From assembly GCA_036510395.1 (NCBI GenBank), contig DATCDZ010000152.1, positions 4,325 through 68,324 of the forward strand: a stretch of DNA of 64,000 nt, in the 5' to 3' direction. This document shows, piece by piece, positions 45,493-54,356 of the stretch; the first letter of the stretch is position 1, and each line of letters opens with the position of its first letter. The translations under genes and the position numbers were made by a program. The notes beneath the pieces were generated by a model. That model was not told the origin of the DNA and searched no databases. It saw nothing but the letters and a program-made list of their open reading frames with translations. The stretch comes from Verrucomicrobiia bacterium (GTDB lineage: Bacteria; Verrucomicrobiota; Verrucomicrobiia; Limisphaerales; UBA11358).

Positions 45493-46065
45493 ATGAAGAT
45501 CGGATTATTTGGCGGCACGTTCGACCCGGTTCACATCGGCCATCTGCTCGTCGCGCAGGCGGCGGTGGAAGAACTCGGGTTGGACAGATTGTTTTTTGTT
45601 CCCGCCGCTCAATCGCCGTTCAAATCTGAAAATCAAATTGCGCCGGCGCAAATCCGTCTGCAACTGCTCCGGCTCGCGCTCGTCGGAAAAGTAAATTGCG
45701 AAATTGACGGGCAGGAAATCCGGCGCGGTGGAATTTCCTATTCAATTGAAACCTTGCGCGACTACGCAAAGCGATTTCCGGCGGCAAAACTTTTTTATCT
45801 CATCGGCGCGGACAACATTTCGAAATTGAACGAATGGCGTGAAGTGGATGAACTGGCAACGCTCGCGGAATTTGTGGCCGTTCCGCGACCGGGAGAATCA
45901 CAGGCGCCATTTCCGAAACCATTTCGCGGGAAAATTTTGATAGGTTTTCCAATTGAAATTTCCTCGTCGCAAATCCGCGCCCGCGTCAAAGCCAATCTGC
46001 CGATTGAAAATCTCGTGCCGCCGTTCGTGGCCGGCGCAATTTATTCGGCCAAACTTTACATTTGA
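45493..46065 (+). CDS. nadD: Nicotinate-nucleotide adenylyltransferase
   Basis: MKIGLFGGTFDPVHIGHL...ISYSIETL...YLIGADN. The track start at 45151 is an upstream extension. Confidence 0.88.
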   Translation: MKIGLFGGTFDPVHIGHLLVAQAAVEELGLDRLFFVPAAQSPFKSENQIAPAQIRLQLLRLALVGKVNCEIDGQEIRRGGISYSIETLRDYAKRFPAAKLFYLIGADNISKLNEWREVDELATLAEFVAVPRPGESQAPFPKPFRGKILIGFPIEISSSQIRARVKANLPIENLVPPFVAGAIYSAKLYI

Positions 46066-46117
46066 ATTTTATCCGTGTTCATCCGTGCCCATCTGTGGTT
46101 AAATTCTTCAGGTAACT

Positions 46118-46531
46118 ATGGATTCAAAAAAACTGGCGCAGCTTTGCCGCGATTTCGCGGAGAACAAAAAAGCGGAGAACATCGTCATACTCGACGTGCG
46201 CGATCTGTCGTCCGTGACGGATTATTTTGTGATCGCGTCCGGCACGAGCGAACCGCATTTGCGCGCCATCGTGGACGAGATCACCGACCGGCTGCGCGAC
46301 GAGCATGATCTGCGCCCGCTGCGCAAGGACGGCTCGATGCAGGGCGCGTGGGTGATCCTGGATTTTTTCGACGTGATTGTCCACGTCATGCGCTCGGACG
46401 CGCGCGAGCGTTACGACATGGAAGGACTTTGGGGCGACGCGGCGCGGGTGAAGTCGAAGAGCAAACCGGCCAAAATAAAATTAAACAACCGTCAAGCTTC
46501 GAAGAAGCGAATTAGGAAACCCGGAAAATAG
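46118..46531 (+). CDS. rsfS: Ribosome silencing factor RsfS (iojap)
   Basis: KKAENIVILDVRDLSSVTDYFVIASGTSEPHLRAI...WVILDFFDVIVHVM. Confidence 0.88.
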   Translation: MDSKKLAQLCRDFAENKKAENIVILDVRDLSSVTDYFVIASGTSEPHLRAIVDEITDRLRDEHDLRPLRKDGSMQGAWVILDFFDVIVHVMRSDARERYDMEGLWGDAARVKSKSKPAKIKLNNRQASKKRIRKPGK

Positions 46532-46562
46532 GAATCAGAAATCCGAGTTGGTTTCAGATTCT

Positions 46563-46913
46563 TTATTTTACTCTCAACCAAATACTCAGAAACAACAAAA
46601 CGCTGGCAACGACGATCAAATACGAAAGCCAATAAAATTTGCGATTTAAGTTTGGAAGTTCGCGCGGGCCAAAAGTCCAAAAGCGGTGTTGCCGGTAAAG
46701 CGGTAATCGCGCAAAGAAAAGCAGAAAAATTCCCAAAGAGCCTATTCCTAACGCGACATAGAATAAAATAAGTGCGCTTTCAGTTTTGAGAAAGTTCAAC
46801 AATAAGAGTAAGCAAGTCGCCCCAACCGCAATTATTGGAAGAATGAGATCAAACTTGAACAATGCAGCCAAGTCTGCTGGAAAATTCCAATCTGATTTTT
46901 TCTGTTTATTCAC
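46563..46913 (-). CDS. Hypothetical 3-TM membrane protein (AT-rich orphan)
   Basis: 116 aa with three hydrophobic segments. The DNA is visibly more AT-rich than the flanks. Confidence 0.45.
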   Translation of the reverse strand: MNKQKKSDWNFPADLAALFKFDLILPIIAVGATCLLLLLNFLKTESALILFYVALGIGSLGIFLLFFARLPLYRQHRFWTFGPRELPNLNRKFYWLSYLIVVASVLLFLSIWLRVK

Positions 46914-46921
46914 GATCTTTT

Positions 46922-47227
46922 CTATTGAGCCTTTTGCGGGATTTCATTTGACGCCTTCACCATTTCATTCACGAGCTTTTTGAAATCTTCCAGACCAGTT
47001 GAAGGAATAATAATCGTGTCGCGCCGTCCGCCGACGTCCTCGGTGATGCGCAAAAATCGTCCGCGCGGGTTTTCCTTGAGCGTGAGGACGAAAGTTTTGC
47101 GCTCAATCTGAATCGTCTCGGATTTCAGCGTGTCCTCCAGCACCTGCGGCTTGGGCTGGCCGTAACCTTGACTCTGGCCTTGATAAGGCCGCCGTCCGAA
47201 TGGTGATGGTCGTTCGTTTGAGATCAT
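46922..47227 (-). CDS. PUR-alpha-like nucleic-acid-binding protein (DUF3276-type)
   Basis: LKSETIQIERKTFVLTLKENPRGRFLRITEDVGGRRDTIIIP matches the PUR repeat pattern (compare eukaryotic ...[23 protein letters not shown]). Confidence 0.7.
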   Translation of the reverse strand: MISNERPSPFGRRPYQGQSQGYGQPKPQVLEDTLKSETIQIERKTFVLTLKENPRGRFLRITEDVGGRRDTIIIPSTGLEDFKKLVNEMVKASNEIPQKAQ

Positions 47228-47295
47228 GGTCTGCTGCGAGTTTCCCAGCTAAACCGAAAATCCGTCGGCAACGGCAATTTGTCAACTGGCAAAAT

Positions 47296-48654
47296 TCATA
47301 AAATATTCGCAGCAAGTTCCGCCAGTTCCGAGCGCTCGCCTTTCTGCAATTCGATGTGCGCGGCGATGGCCTGGTCGCGGAAACGGCTGACGATGTAATT
47401 GAATCCGTTCGACGACGAGTCCACATACGGATTGTCAATCTGATACGGATCGCCGGTGAAAATGATTTTCGTCCCGTTGCCGACGCGAGTGATGATGGTC
47501 TTGGCCTCGAGCGGCGTCAGGTTTTGCGCCTCGTCAATGACCATGAACTGGTTGGCGATGCTGCGACCGCGGATGTAACTCAACGCCTCGACGACAATCG
47601 CGCCGCTTCGCATGAGGTCGCCACTGCGGCGATGGTCGTGGCCCATGTTGAGGTCGCTCAACATTTCGAGCGCGTCATGGATCGGCTGCATCCACGGCGC
47701 GAGTTTTTCCTCAAGCGAACCCGGAAGAAAGCCAAGTTCCTTGCCCATGGAAATGGTCGGGCGCGCGACGACGAGCCGGCGGAATTCGCGGTCGAGCACG
47801 GTGCGTTTCAATCCGGCGGCCATCGCCATCAAAGTTTTTCCCGTGCCGGCCTTGCCCATGAGCGTGACGAGCTTGACGCGGTCGTCGAGCAGCGCGTCGA
47901 AGGCGTAATGCTGCTCGCGGTTGCGCGGCTTGATTCCCCAGACGCCTTCGCGGCAGTCAATGATCGGAATCAATTTCGTTCCCGTCGCGTCAACTTTCGT
48001 GAGCGCGGCTTTTTTGGGATTCGTTTCGTCGGTGAGCGTGCAGAATTCGTTCGGAAAATATTTTTTGCCGCCGGGAATTTCCAGTTCGCCGTTGGCGCGG
48101 AACGCGGCGATTTTTTCCGTGCTGACGGACATCTCAATCATGCCGGTGTAAAGGTCCTGGATGTGGACGCGGTCGTTCTCATAATCCTCGGCCTGCAAAC
48201 CGAGCGCATCGGCCTTGATTCGCAAATTGATGTCCTTTGAAACTAGAATCGCCGGATTTTTAGGCTGAGTTTTTTGGATTCCGGAGGCGAGCGCGAGAAT
48301 GCGGTTGTCCACGCTGTTGCCGTTCAAGATGTGGCTGTCGCCGTTGCCGTTTCCATTCTTTTGAAACGCGACTTTCAGCTTTCCGCCGTTCGGCAGGTTC
48401 ACGCCTTCGCTCAAGCTGCCTTCGCCGCGAAAGCCGTCGAGCATCCGCGAAACCTGCCGCGCATTCTGTCCAAGTTCGCTGGACTCGCGCTTGAAGCGGT
48501 CAATCTCCTCGATGACTTCGATGGGAATCACGACGTGATTGTCCGCGAAATTGAGGAGCGAGTTGGGGTCGTGAAGAAGGACGTTGGTGTCGAGTATGTA
48601 ATTTTTCACTTGGGCAGTTGATCGAATTTGATTGTCGCCATGCGGCGATGCCAT
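47296..48654 (-). CDS. PIN-PhoH2 (YlaK-like) ATPase
   Basis: YILDTNVLLHDPNSL...VIPIEVIEEID (PIN); GKAGTGKTLMA...VIDEAQN (PhoH). A likelier start is GTG 48609, overlapping the upstream stop (GTGA). Confidence 0.85.
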   Translation of the reverse strand: MASPHGDNQIRSTAQVKNYILDTNVLLHDPNSLLNFADNHVVIPIEVIEEIDRFKRESSELGQNARQVSRMLDGFRGEGSLSEGVNLPNGGKLKVAFQKNGNGNGDSHILNGNSVDNRILALASGIQKTQPKNPAILVSKDINLRIKADALGLQAEDYENDRVHIQDLYTGMIEMSVSTEKIAAFRANGELEIPGGKKYFPNEFCTLTDETNPKKAALTKVDATGTKLIPIIDCREGVWGIKPRNREQHYAFDALLDDRVKLVTLMGKAGTGKTLMAMAAGLKRTVLDREFRRLVVARPTISMGKELGFLPGSLEEKLAPWMQPIHDALEMLSDLNMGHDHRRSGDLMRSGAIVVEALSYIRGRSIANQFMVIDEAQNLTPLEAKTIITRVGNGTKIIFTGDPYQIDNPYVDSSSNGFNYIVSRFRDQAIAAHIELQKGERSELAELAANIL

Positions 48655-49274
48655 TTCTGGATTTGTTTGTGGCGCGCGGGCAGTTTGTAATGGCCGGAGT
48701 AGAGAAAATTTCCGAGCATCCCGAACAAATCAAAATCCACAAAATGAGGCCGGTCATCGAGCAGATAATCTTGGTGCGTCAAAATGATTTCAAACGGAAT
48801 CAGCAATTCTTCCAGCCGCTTGAGCCAGGTTTTTTGATCCTTGCGCCATTGCTCGATGCAGCCGCGCCCGAATTTCCGTTCCTTGAACCGCAAGAATTGC
48901 AACTGCTCCGCCGCCGGGACATTTTCCTTCCAATAAATGTCGTTGAGCCGGAACGTCGCTCCTTCAATCTCGCTTTCGATGAAACGCCAGAGGACGGATT
49001 GCACGCCGCGCCATTGCTTCGGAAAAAGGCCAAGTTCCAATTCTTCATCAAGATATTTGGCGATGACCTGCGAATCGTCGGCGACTTCAAAAATCACATT
49101 TTTACCATCGCGAATGATCGGCACGCCATAATAACGCTGCTTCGTGAGTTTCCAGATCAGCGAGCGATCCTGATTCGGGATGTTTGTGATTTTGAAGGGC
49201 GCTCCGGAAAATTCAAGGATGCGCCGCTGGACAATGCAGAACGGACTCCACGGAAATTGAATCAATTCAATCAT
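48606..49274 (-). CDS. Glutathione S-transferase / glutaredoxin-fold protein
   Basis: IELIQFPWSPFCIVQRRILEF...YYGVPIIRDG is a thioredoxin-fold N-domain, followed by a helical C-domain. Confidence 0.6.
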   Translation of the reverse strand: MIELIQFPWSPFCIVQRRILEFSGAPFKITNIPNQDRSLIWKLTKQRYYGVPIIRDGKNVIFEVADDSQVIAKYLDEELELGLFPKQWRGVQSVLWRFIESEIEGATFRLNDIYWKENVPAAEQLQFLRFKERKFGRGCIEQWRKDQKTWLKRLEELLIPFEIILTHQDYLLDDRPHFVDFDLFGMLGNFLYSGHYKLPARHKQIQKWHRRMATIKFDQLPK

Positions 49275-49381
49275 TTCAAAAAATCGTCGCCGACCGATGC
49301 GTGCAATTTAAGACCCGTCCGCGGACGTGACAAGTGCAAACACCGCTTTACACAAAATTGTAACAGCGTTAGATTCGCCAC

Positions 49382-50050
49382 ATGGCTGAATACGACGCGA
49401 CCGAGTTTATTGACACCGATTTTCAAGCGCACAAGTCGCCGTCACCTTTTGCGCCGACCAACGACCCGCTCCGCGCGCCCACGCGCGAGGACGTGGACCG
49501 CAAAGTTGTCGAGGCGCAGCAAAAACTCGCCGAGCTGAAGCGCGCGCAGGAAGATTTGGAACGCGAACGCGCCTCGCTCGAGGAATTGCGCCGCCGCCAA
49601 TTGGAATTTCAAAACGGCCGCCAGGAAATGGTTCACAACCTCACGCGCGGACTCGGTTTGCTCGAAGAAGCCGAATTCAATGCGCGCCGCGATTCCGAGC
49701 AAATGATTAAAACGCTCGCCGATTTCCGTGGTGCGCTTGAAAAAATCCAAAATGTCCGCGACGAAACGTGGACGAAGGAAAATTTCCAGATGGAATTGAC
49801 CCGCGCGCTGACTGTTGTTGAAAACGCGCGCATGGAATGGAATTCCGCGCGCCTGAAACTGCCCGCGCTCGCCGGCGAAACCGCGCAGAAAAAATCCGAG
49901 GCCGAATCCGCGCCGCAGCCGGCCGTTTCACCGTTCGCCAATTTAAGTTTCGGCGAACTCTGCAAAATCGGCCTTGCAATGACATGGCCGCTCTTAATCG
50001 TGGCGTTGGTTGCTCTCGGCATATTTATCGCAATCCTGTTACGCCGGTGA
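49382..50050 (+). CDS. Hypothetical coiled-coil protein with C-terminal TM anchor
   Basis: QQKLAELKRAQEDLERERASLEELRRRQ...; C-terminus IGLAMTWPLLIVALVALGIFIAILL. Confidence 0.55.
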   Translation: MAEYDATEFIDTDFQAHKSPSPFAPTNDPLRAPTREDVDRKVVEAQQKLAELKRAQEDLERERASLEELRRRQLEFQNGRQEMVHNLTRGLGLLEEAEFNARRDSEQMIKTLADFRGALEKIQNVRDETWTKENFQMELTRALTVVENARMEWNSARLKLPALAGETAQKKSEAESAPQPAVSPFANLSFGELCKIGLAMTWPLLIVALVALGIFIAILLRR

Positions 50051-50052
50051 AA

Positions 50053-50154
50053 TTTTTGATTTACAATTTATGATTTATGATTTGGCAAAAGTCGCCCGCG
50101 CTTGGAAAAAATCATCAATCGTAAATCATCAATCGTAAATCATCAATCGTAAAT
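50053..50154. repeat. Long hairpin of heptamer arrays (TTTNNRA x5 facing 3 perfect 14-nt units AATCATCAATCGTA)
   Basis: Left arm TTTTTGA TTTACAA TTTATGA TTTATGA TTTGGCA. The right arm is 50110-50151, three exact 14-mers that read TTTACGA/TTGATGA on the other strand. Confidence 0.85.
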
Positions 50155-50164
50155 TGTTTGTCGT

Positions 50165-50716
50165 ATGGCGTTCGCGAAAAAAAAGGTGAATCCGGCTGAC
50201 TTGATTTCCGCCCGCGCCCGCGCGCTCAACGACCAGATTTCCTCGCTCGAATCCGAGATCAAAAAACTAGACGGCCAGTTGCAAGGCTCGTCCGCGAAAC
50301 CAAAACTGCGCTCGACGACAATTCCCCACGGCCCGACCGTTTCGCGAAAAATTGAAAATCCGCCGTCGGTGGGGCGAGCGTCCTCGCGAGCCGAGAAACC
50401 AATTTCTCACGAGCCGGTTTTTGAAGAGGTGAACGCAAAATCATTCCAGCCTGAAACTGACCCGCGCGACCGCTACAACCATCTCGGCGTTCGCAAATAT
50501 GACCTGCCCGCGCTGTGGCATCGCCTGTGCAATTATTTCCGCGGCCCGACAACGAGCAACCCGCGCCTCGTGAGTTATCTCGCCGCCGGCGGAGTCCACG
50601 GCCTGCGCCCGATGCGCTACGAAAAACGGATTGCGCGCAGGCGGTTCATTGTTCTTGCAGCCGCATTGTTTCTGCTGTTGCTTGGCACGCTGTTGGTCTG
50701 GCTTCACGGCCATTGA
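50165..50716 (+). CDS. Hypothetical protein with N-terminal coiled coil and C-terminal TM anchor
   Basis: LNDQISSLESEIKKLDGQLQ...; RRFIVLAAALFLLLLGTLLVWL. Confidence 0.5.
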   Translation: MAFAKKKVNPADLISARARALNDQISSLESEIKKLDGQLQGSSAKPKLRSTTIPHGPTVSRKIENPPSVGRASSRAEKPISHEPVFEEVNAKSFQPETDPRDRYNHLGVRKYDLPALWHRLCNYFRGPTTSNPRLVSYLAAGGVHGLRPMRYEKRIARRRFIVLAAALFLLLLGTLLVWLHGH

Positions 50717-50729
50717 ATCGTTGAATCAC

Positions 50730-51263
50730 ATGAAAAATAAACTTGTCGAACTGCCGATCTCCACGCCAGACGGAATTTTCCTCGCGCACTATTCCGAAAA
50801 AGGTCTGGTCGAAATTGATTGGCCAAACACGAATCGTAGGAGACGAAGTAACGAGTCTCGAATTTCTTCAGCTTCCAGCGAATTAGTTAGAGACTCCTCA
50901 CGTCGTCTCCTACAAATTAAAAAGTGGCATCGCGCGACTGAAACGGCGTTGAAAAAAATTCTTGCCGGGAAAAAATCGAAGCTGCCCCCGCTCGACTGGA
51001 AGGGCAAAACGGATTTTCAAAAATCCGTCTGGCGGCAGATGCTGAAAATTCCCGCCGGCAGGACGAAAAGCTACGGCGAAATCGCAACGGCAATTGGCAA
51101 TCCCAAGGCCGTCCGCGCGGTGGGTGGCGCGTGCGGGGCGAATCCGGTTCCGGTTTTGGTTCCGTGCCATCGCGTTCTGGCCGCGAACAAAAAACTCGGC
51201 GGCTTCGGCGGCGGATTGGATTGGAAACGCAGTTTGCTCAAGCGCGAAGGAATAAAAATGTAA
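50730..51263 (+). CDS. ogt: Methylated-DNA-protein-cysteine methyltransferase carrying an in-frame palindromic insert
   Basis: TDFQKSVWRQMLKIPAGRTKSYGEIA...VLVPCHRVL...GGFGGGLDWK. Start chosen at MKNKLVEL. Confidence 0.85.
   Translation: MKNKLVELPISTPDGIFLAHYSEKGLVEIDWPNTNRRRRSNESRISSASSELVRDSSRRLLQIKKWHRATETALKKILAGKKSKLPPLDWKGKTDFQKSVWRQMLKIPAGRTKSYGEIATAIGNPKAVRAVGGACGANPVPVLVPCHRVLAANKKLGGFGGGLDWKRSLLKREGIKM
50836..50913. repeat. Palindromic element (GTAGGA...TCCTAC family) inside ogt, 78 nt
   Basis: GTAGGAGACGAAGTAACGAGTCTC - 30-nt loop - GAGACTCCTCACGTCGTCTCCTAC, with arms 21/24 complementary. It shares the GTAGGA / GTCTC / GAGAC / TCCTAC landmarks with the argD element. Confidence 0.85.
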
Positions 51264-51283
51264 CGTCAGATTGTTAGTCCACT

Positions 51284-51763
51284 ATGTTTGTCATTCGCCA
51301 TATTTTAGCCTTTGCGTTGCTGCTCATATTGGGTTTAGTCCTTGCTTTGTTGGTTATATCGGCGGGTCGGTTTCACTATGAGAGCGTGACATTGACTTTC
51401 CAGAAACCCGTTGATGTTTCTCCAAATTTGCCAGCGTCACTTACCAATGCCGTTCTTTTTGTAAAAGTTTTTGAACCGAGCGACCCTCTAGCTACAAATT
51501 ACGCAAGTTGGCGTGGCAGTCGCAGTTTGAATTTTCCTGGCGGTTCTTCCGGTTCATCTGTCATTGGAACAAATGAGAAATGGGATGAAGATCGATTGAT
51601 TGCCATCAACGCCGAAGGATTTGAAATGCTTTTCACCAAAAGATGGAGATGGGCTGGTCTGGGTCAAAAAATACACAACGAGACAAATGTCATTCTGTTT
51701 CGTTATGGACAAATTACCGAAACAAACACTTTAGGACGAAGGATTGTTGGAAAATTCAAGTGA
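51284..51763 (+). CDS. Hypothetical membrane-anchored protein (AT-rich orphan)
   Basis: N-terminal TM segment ILAFALLLILGLVLALLVI. No family recognised. AT-rich relative to the flanks. Confidence 0.45.
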   Translation: MFVIRHILAFALLLILGLVLALLVISAGRFHYESVTLTFQKPVDVSPNLPASLTNAVLFVKVFEPSDPLATNYASWRGSRSLNFPGGSSGSSVIGTNEKWDEDRLIAINAEGFEMLFTKRWRWAGLGQKIHNETNVILFRYGQITETNTLGRRIVGKFK

Positions 51764-51789
51764 CTTAATTCTGTTTTAGAACATAAAAA

Positions 51790-52421
51790 TTATTCCGCCG
51801 TCAGCCGGATGATTTCGCGCAGCGGCGTCTGCGGTTTGAATTTCACGAGGCGTTCCAGTTTTGTTTTGGGGAGCGCAACCGTCCCGGTTGCCGTTCGGTG
51901 CGTCCCGCGTCGAACACGCACGTGATGGCGCATACAAATTGAAATCAGTTCGCCGTCGAAGATGCCAGTGGCGGGACGCCGTTGGCTGCGACCGGACGGT
52001 CGCGCTCCCCATTTCAATTTGTTTCCGCCGTTACTTTGATAATTTCGCGAAGCATTGTGCGTGGATGGAATTGAACAAACCGTTCCAGTCTTTTCACGAG
52101 CGGCTTGTGCGGCATATCGTCAAGGGCCGCCGGAACACGACGCGAACTGTCAACGGAAAAGCCGAGTCGCTGGTTTTTCCGACGAACGCCTTCGTTCATT
52201 CCGTTCACGCCAGTCTCAACTGCGTGGATTCCCACACGGATGTCAAAGACCTTGTTCACGATCCGCTCGGTCCGCCGGATTGCATGGCGACGCGCCTGGC
52301 GCATTAGTCCCAGCCTATGAATTTGATTTTTGAATCGGCGGATCCTGCGGCTCATTTTTTTATTGCGCGCCTTGCGACAAAGATTTAACTTGGAATTAAC
52401 GAATATGTCGAACGCTGCCAA
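51790..52421 (-). other. Two tandem Arg-rich ORFs (51790-52017, 52014-52421) sharing a conserved C-terminal ~24 aa; nature unclear
   Basis: ...KLERLVKFKPQTPLREIIRLTAE* versus ...KRLERFVQFHPRTMLREIIKVTAETN*. The upstream parts are unrelated and no family is recognised. Confidence 0.3.
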
Positions 52422-52623
52422 AGAATCGTCATCGGCGAACGATTTGCTGAAGAATTCCTCGCTCTACCGCGAGTTTCAGGCCGAGCGCGAGGAAATCCTC
52501 CGGCACAAGTGGATCGAGTCGGAAAAGGCCGGTCGCGACATCGGCTTCGAGCAGGCGCTGACGGATTGGATCATCAGGCACCGCTCAAGCTGGCGCAAAA
52601 ACCGCCAGTCCACGGCGAGTTGA
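52405..52623 (+). CDS. Small conserved hypothetical protein
   Basis: YREFQAEREEILRHKWIESEKAGRDIGFEQALTDWIIRHRSSWR. I recognise the KW.ESEKAG.DIG motif as recurrent in small bacterial proteins but cannot name the family. Confidence 0.5.
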   Translation: MSNAAKESSSANDLLKNSSLYREFQAEREEILRHKWIESEKAGRDIGFEQALTDWIIRHRSSWRKNRQSTAS

Positions 52624-52762
52624 ACTAAAAATTTGTTCCTTTAACGCCGCCCTGCGAGGTGGCAAAGGAAAATATGAACGCGAAATTGCCAAAGACGAAC
52701 TGTCTCGTGAGAGTAGTTTGTCTTTATTTTTTCCACCCGCCCGTGCCGGCGACGACGAAAAC

Positions 52763-52880
52763 CTCCAAGCTCCAACCTCCAAGCTCCAGAGAATCATCAA
52801 ATTCCAATCACCAACAATTGAAGGTTGATGCTTGGAGCTTCTCTGGATGTTGGGTGTTGGATGTTGGAGCTTCTTATTTT
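52763..52880 (+). promoter_or_regulatory. Structured pyrR leader: heptamer arrays with alternative pairings, a UCCAGAGA motif and a U-tract (candidate PyrR attenuator)
   Basis: CTCCAAG CTCCAAC CTCCAAG CTCCAGA GAAUC... faces ...CTTGGAGCTTCTCTGG and GGATGTT GGGTGTT GGATGTT GGAGCTT CTTATTTTT, 5 nt before ATG 52885. Confidence 0.35.
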
Positions 52881-52884
52881 TCCC

Positions 52885-53409
52885 ATGTCTGAAGCCACCG
52901 TCATCCTCGACGCGAATGCGATTGGCCGCGCGCTCACGCGCACCGCGCATGAGATCGCCGAGCGGAATGAAAATTCCGTTGAGGTCGTGCTGATCGGAAT
53001 TCCCGAAGGCGGCGTGCCGCTCGCGCAACGGCTGGGGAAAATTCTTTCGGAAATTTGGAAAATTTCCGTGCCGATTGGCAGTCTCGACGTTTCCATGCAC
53101 CGCGATGATCTGGACCAGCGTGCCGCGCCAAAAATTCATCCGACGAAAATTCCTTTCGACGTGAACGGAAAAATCGTCGTGCTGGTGGACGATGTTTTGT
53201 TCAGCGGCCGCACGATTCGCGCCGCGCTGGACGCGCTGAATGATTTTGGCCGACCAATGAAAATTCAACTGGCGGTGTTGATTGACCGCGGCCATCGCGA
53301 CTTGCCGATTAAGGCGGATTTCGTCGGGAAAAACGTGCCGACCGCTGCGAATGAAAAAGTCCACGTCCGCATCGGCGAAAAAGACGAAGTGATTTTAGAA
53401 CGAAAATGA
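52885..53409 (+). CDS. pyrR: Bifunctional pyr operon regulator / uracil phosphoribosyltransferase
   Basis: [13 protein letters not shown]...[19 protein letters not shown]...[23 protein letters not shown]. Confidence 0.9.
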   Translation: MSEATVILDANAIGRALTRTAHEIAERNENSVEVVLIGIPEGGVPLAQRLGKILSEIWKISVPIGSLDVSMHRDDLDQRAAPKIHPTKIPFDVNGKIVVLVDDVLFSGRTIRAALDALNDFGRPMKIQLAVLIDRGHRDLPIKADFVGKNVPTAANEKVHVRIGEKDEVILERK

Positions 53410-54347
53410 GTTGGAACAAAAAACATCTGCTCGACATCGAATCGCTCACGGCGGACGAAATCGTCACCGTGCTCGACACTGCGCGCGCGTTCAAGGCCGT
53501 CGGTGAACGTGCGATCAAAAAAGTTCCGGCACTGCGCGGAAAAACGGTCGTGAACCTGTTCATCGAGCCGTCCACGCGCACGCGCATCAGCTTTGAACTG
53601 GCGGCACAACGGTTGACCGCCGACATCGTGAATTTTTCCGCCGACGCATCGTCGTTCAAAAAAGGCGAAACTTTGAAGGACACGGCAAAAAATCTCGAGG
53701 CGCTTAATGCCGATTTCATCATCATCCGCCACAGCGCGAGCGGTGCGCCGCATTTTCTGTCGCGCGTCGTGAACGCCAGCATCATCAACGCCGGCGACGG
53801 CGCACACGAGCATCCGACGCAGGCGCTGCTCGACGCGTTCACCATCCGCGAGCACAAGAAAAAAATCGTCGGATTGAACGTCACGATCCTCGGCGACATC
53901 CTTTACAGCCGCGTCGCCCGCTCGAACATCTGGGCGCTGACGAAACTTGGCGCCAAGGTTACGTTGTGCGGCCCGTCCACGCTCGTGCCGAAAACTTTCG
54001 AGCAGATGGGCTGCCGCGTGACGCACGAAGTTGACGAGGCGATTCGCGACGCCGACATCATTCATTTGCTCCGCATCCAGCATGAGCGCCAGCGCAAGAC
54101 GATGTTCCCGAGCATCGGCGAATACACGACGCTTTTTGGCTTGAACAAAGCGCGACTCGCGAAAACAAAATCCGACGCGCTCATCATGCATCCCGGCCCG
54201 ATCAACCGTGGCGTGGAAATTGACAGTGAAATCGCGGATTGCAGTCGCTCGTTGATTTTGGAACAAGTGACGAACGGCCTCGCCGTGCGCATGGCGGTAT
54301 TATTTTTGCTGAACGGCGGCAAAGGCCCGCAGGAAGTGGCGACTTGA
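53406..54347 (+). CDS. pyrB: Aspartate carbamoyltransferase catalytic subunit
   Basis: [17 protein letters not shown]...[10 protein letters not shown]...[13 protein letters not shown]. Confidence 0.92.
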   Translation: MSWNKKHLLDIESLTADEIVTVLDTARAFKAVGERAIKKVPALRGKTVVNLFIEPSTRTRISFELAAQRLTADIVNFSADASSFKKGETLKDTAKNLEALNADFIIIRHSASGAPHFLSRVVNASIINAGDGAHEHPTQALLDAFTIREHKKKIVGLNVTILGDILYSRVARSNIWALTKLGAKVTLCGPSTLVPKTFEQMGCRVTHEVDEAIRDADIIHLLRIQHERQRKTMFPSIGEYTTLFGLNKARLAKTKSDALIMHPGPINRGVEIDSEIADCSRSLILEQVTNGLAVRMAVLFLLNGGKGPQEVAT

Positions 54348-54356
54348 AATGAAAAT

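Noticed and set aside
50110-50151. CRISPR array (also considered for the other tandem arrays)
   Set aside because: The units are 7-14 nt and directly abutting, with no unique spacers. Arrays are only 3-5 units long and no cas genes are nearby.
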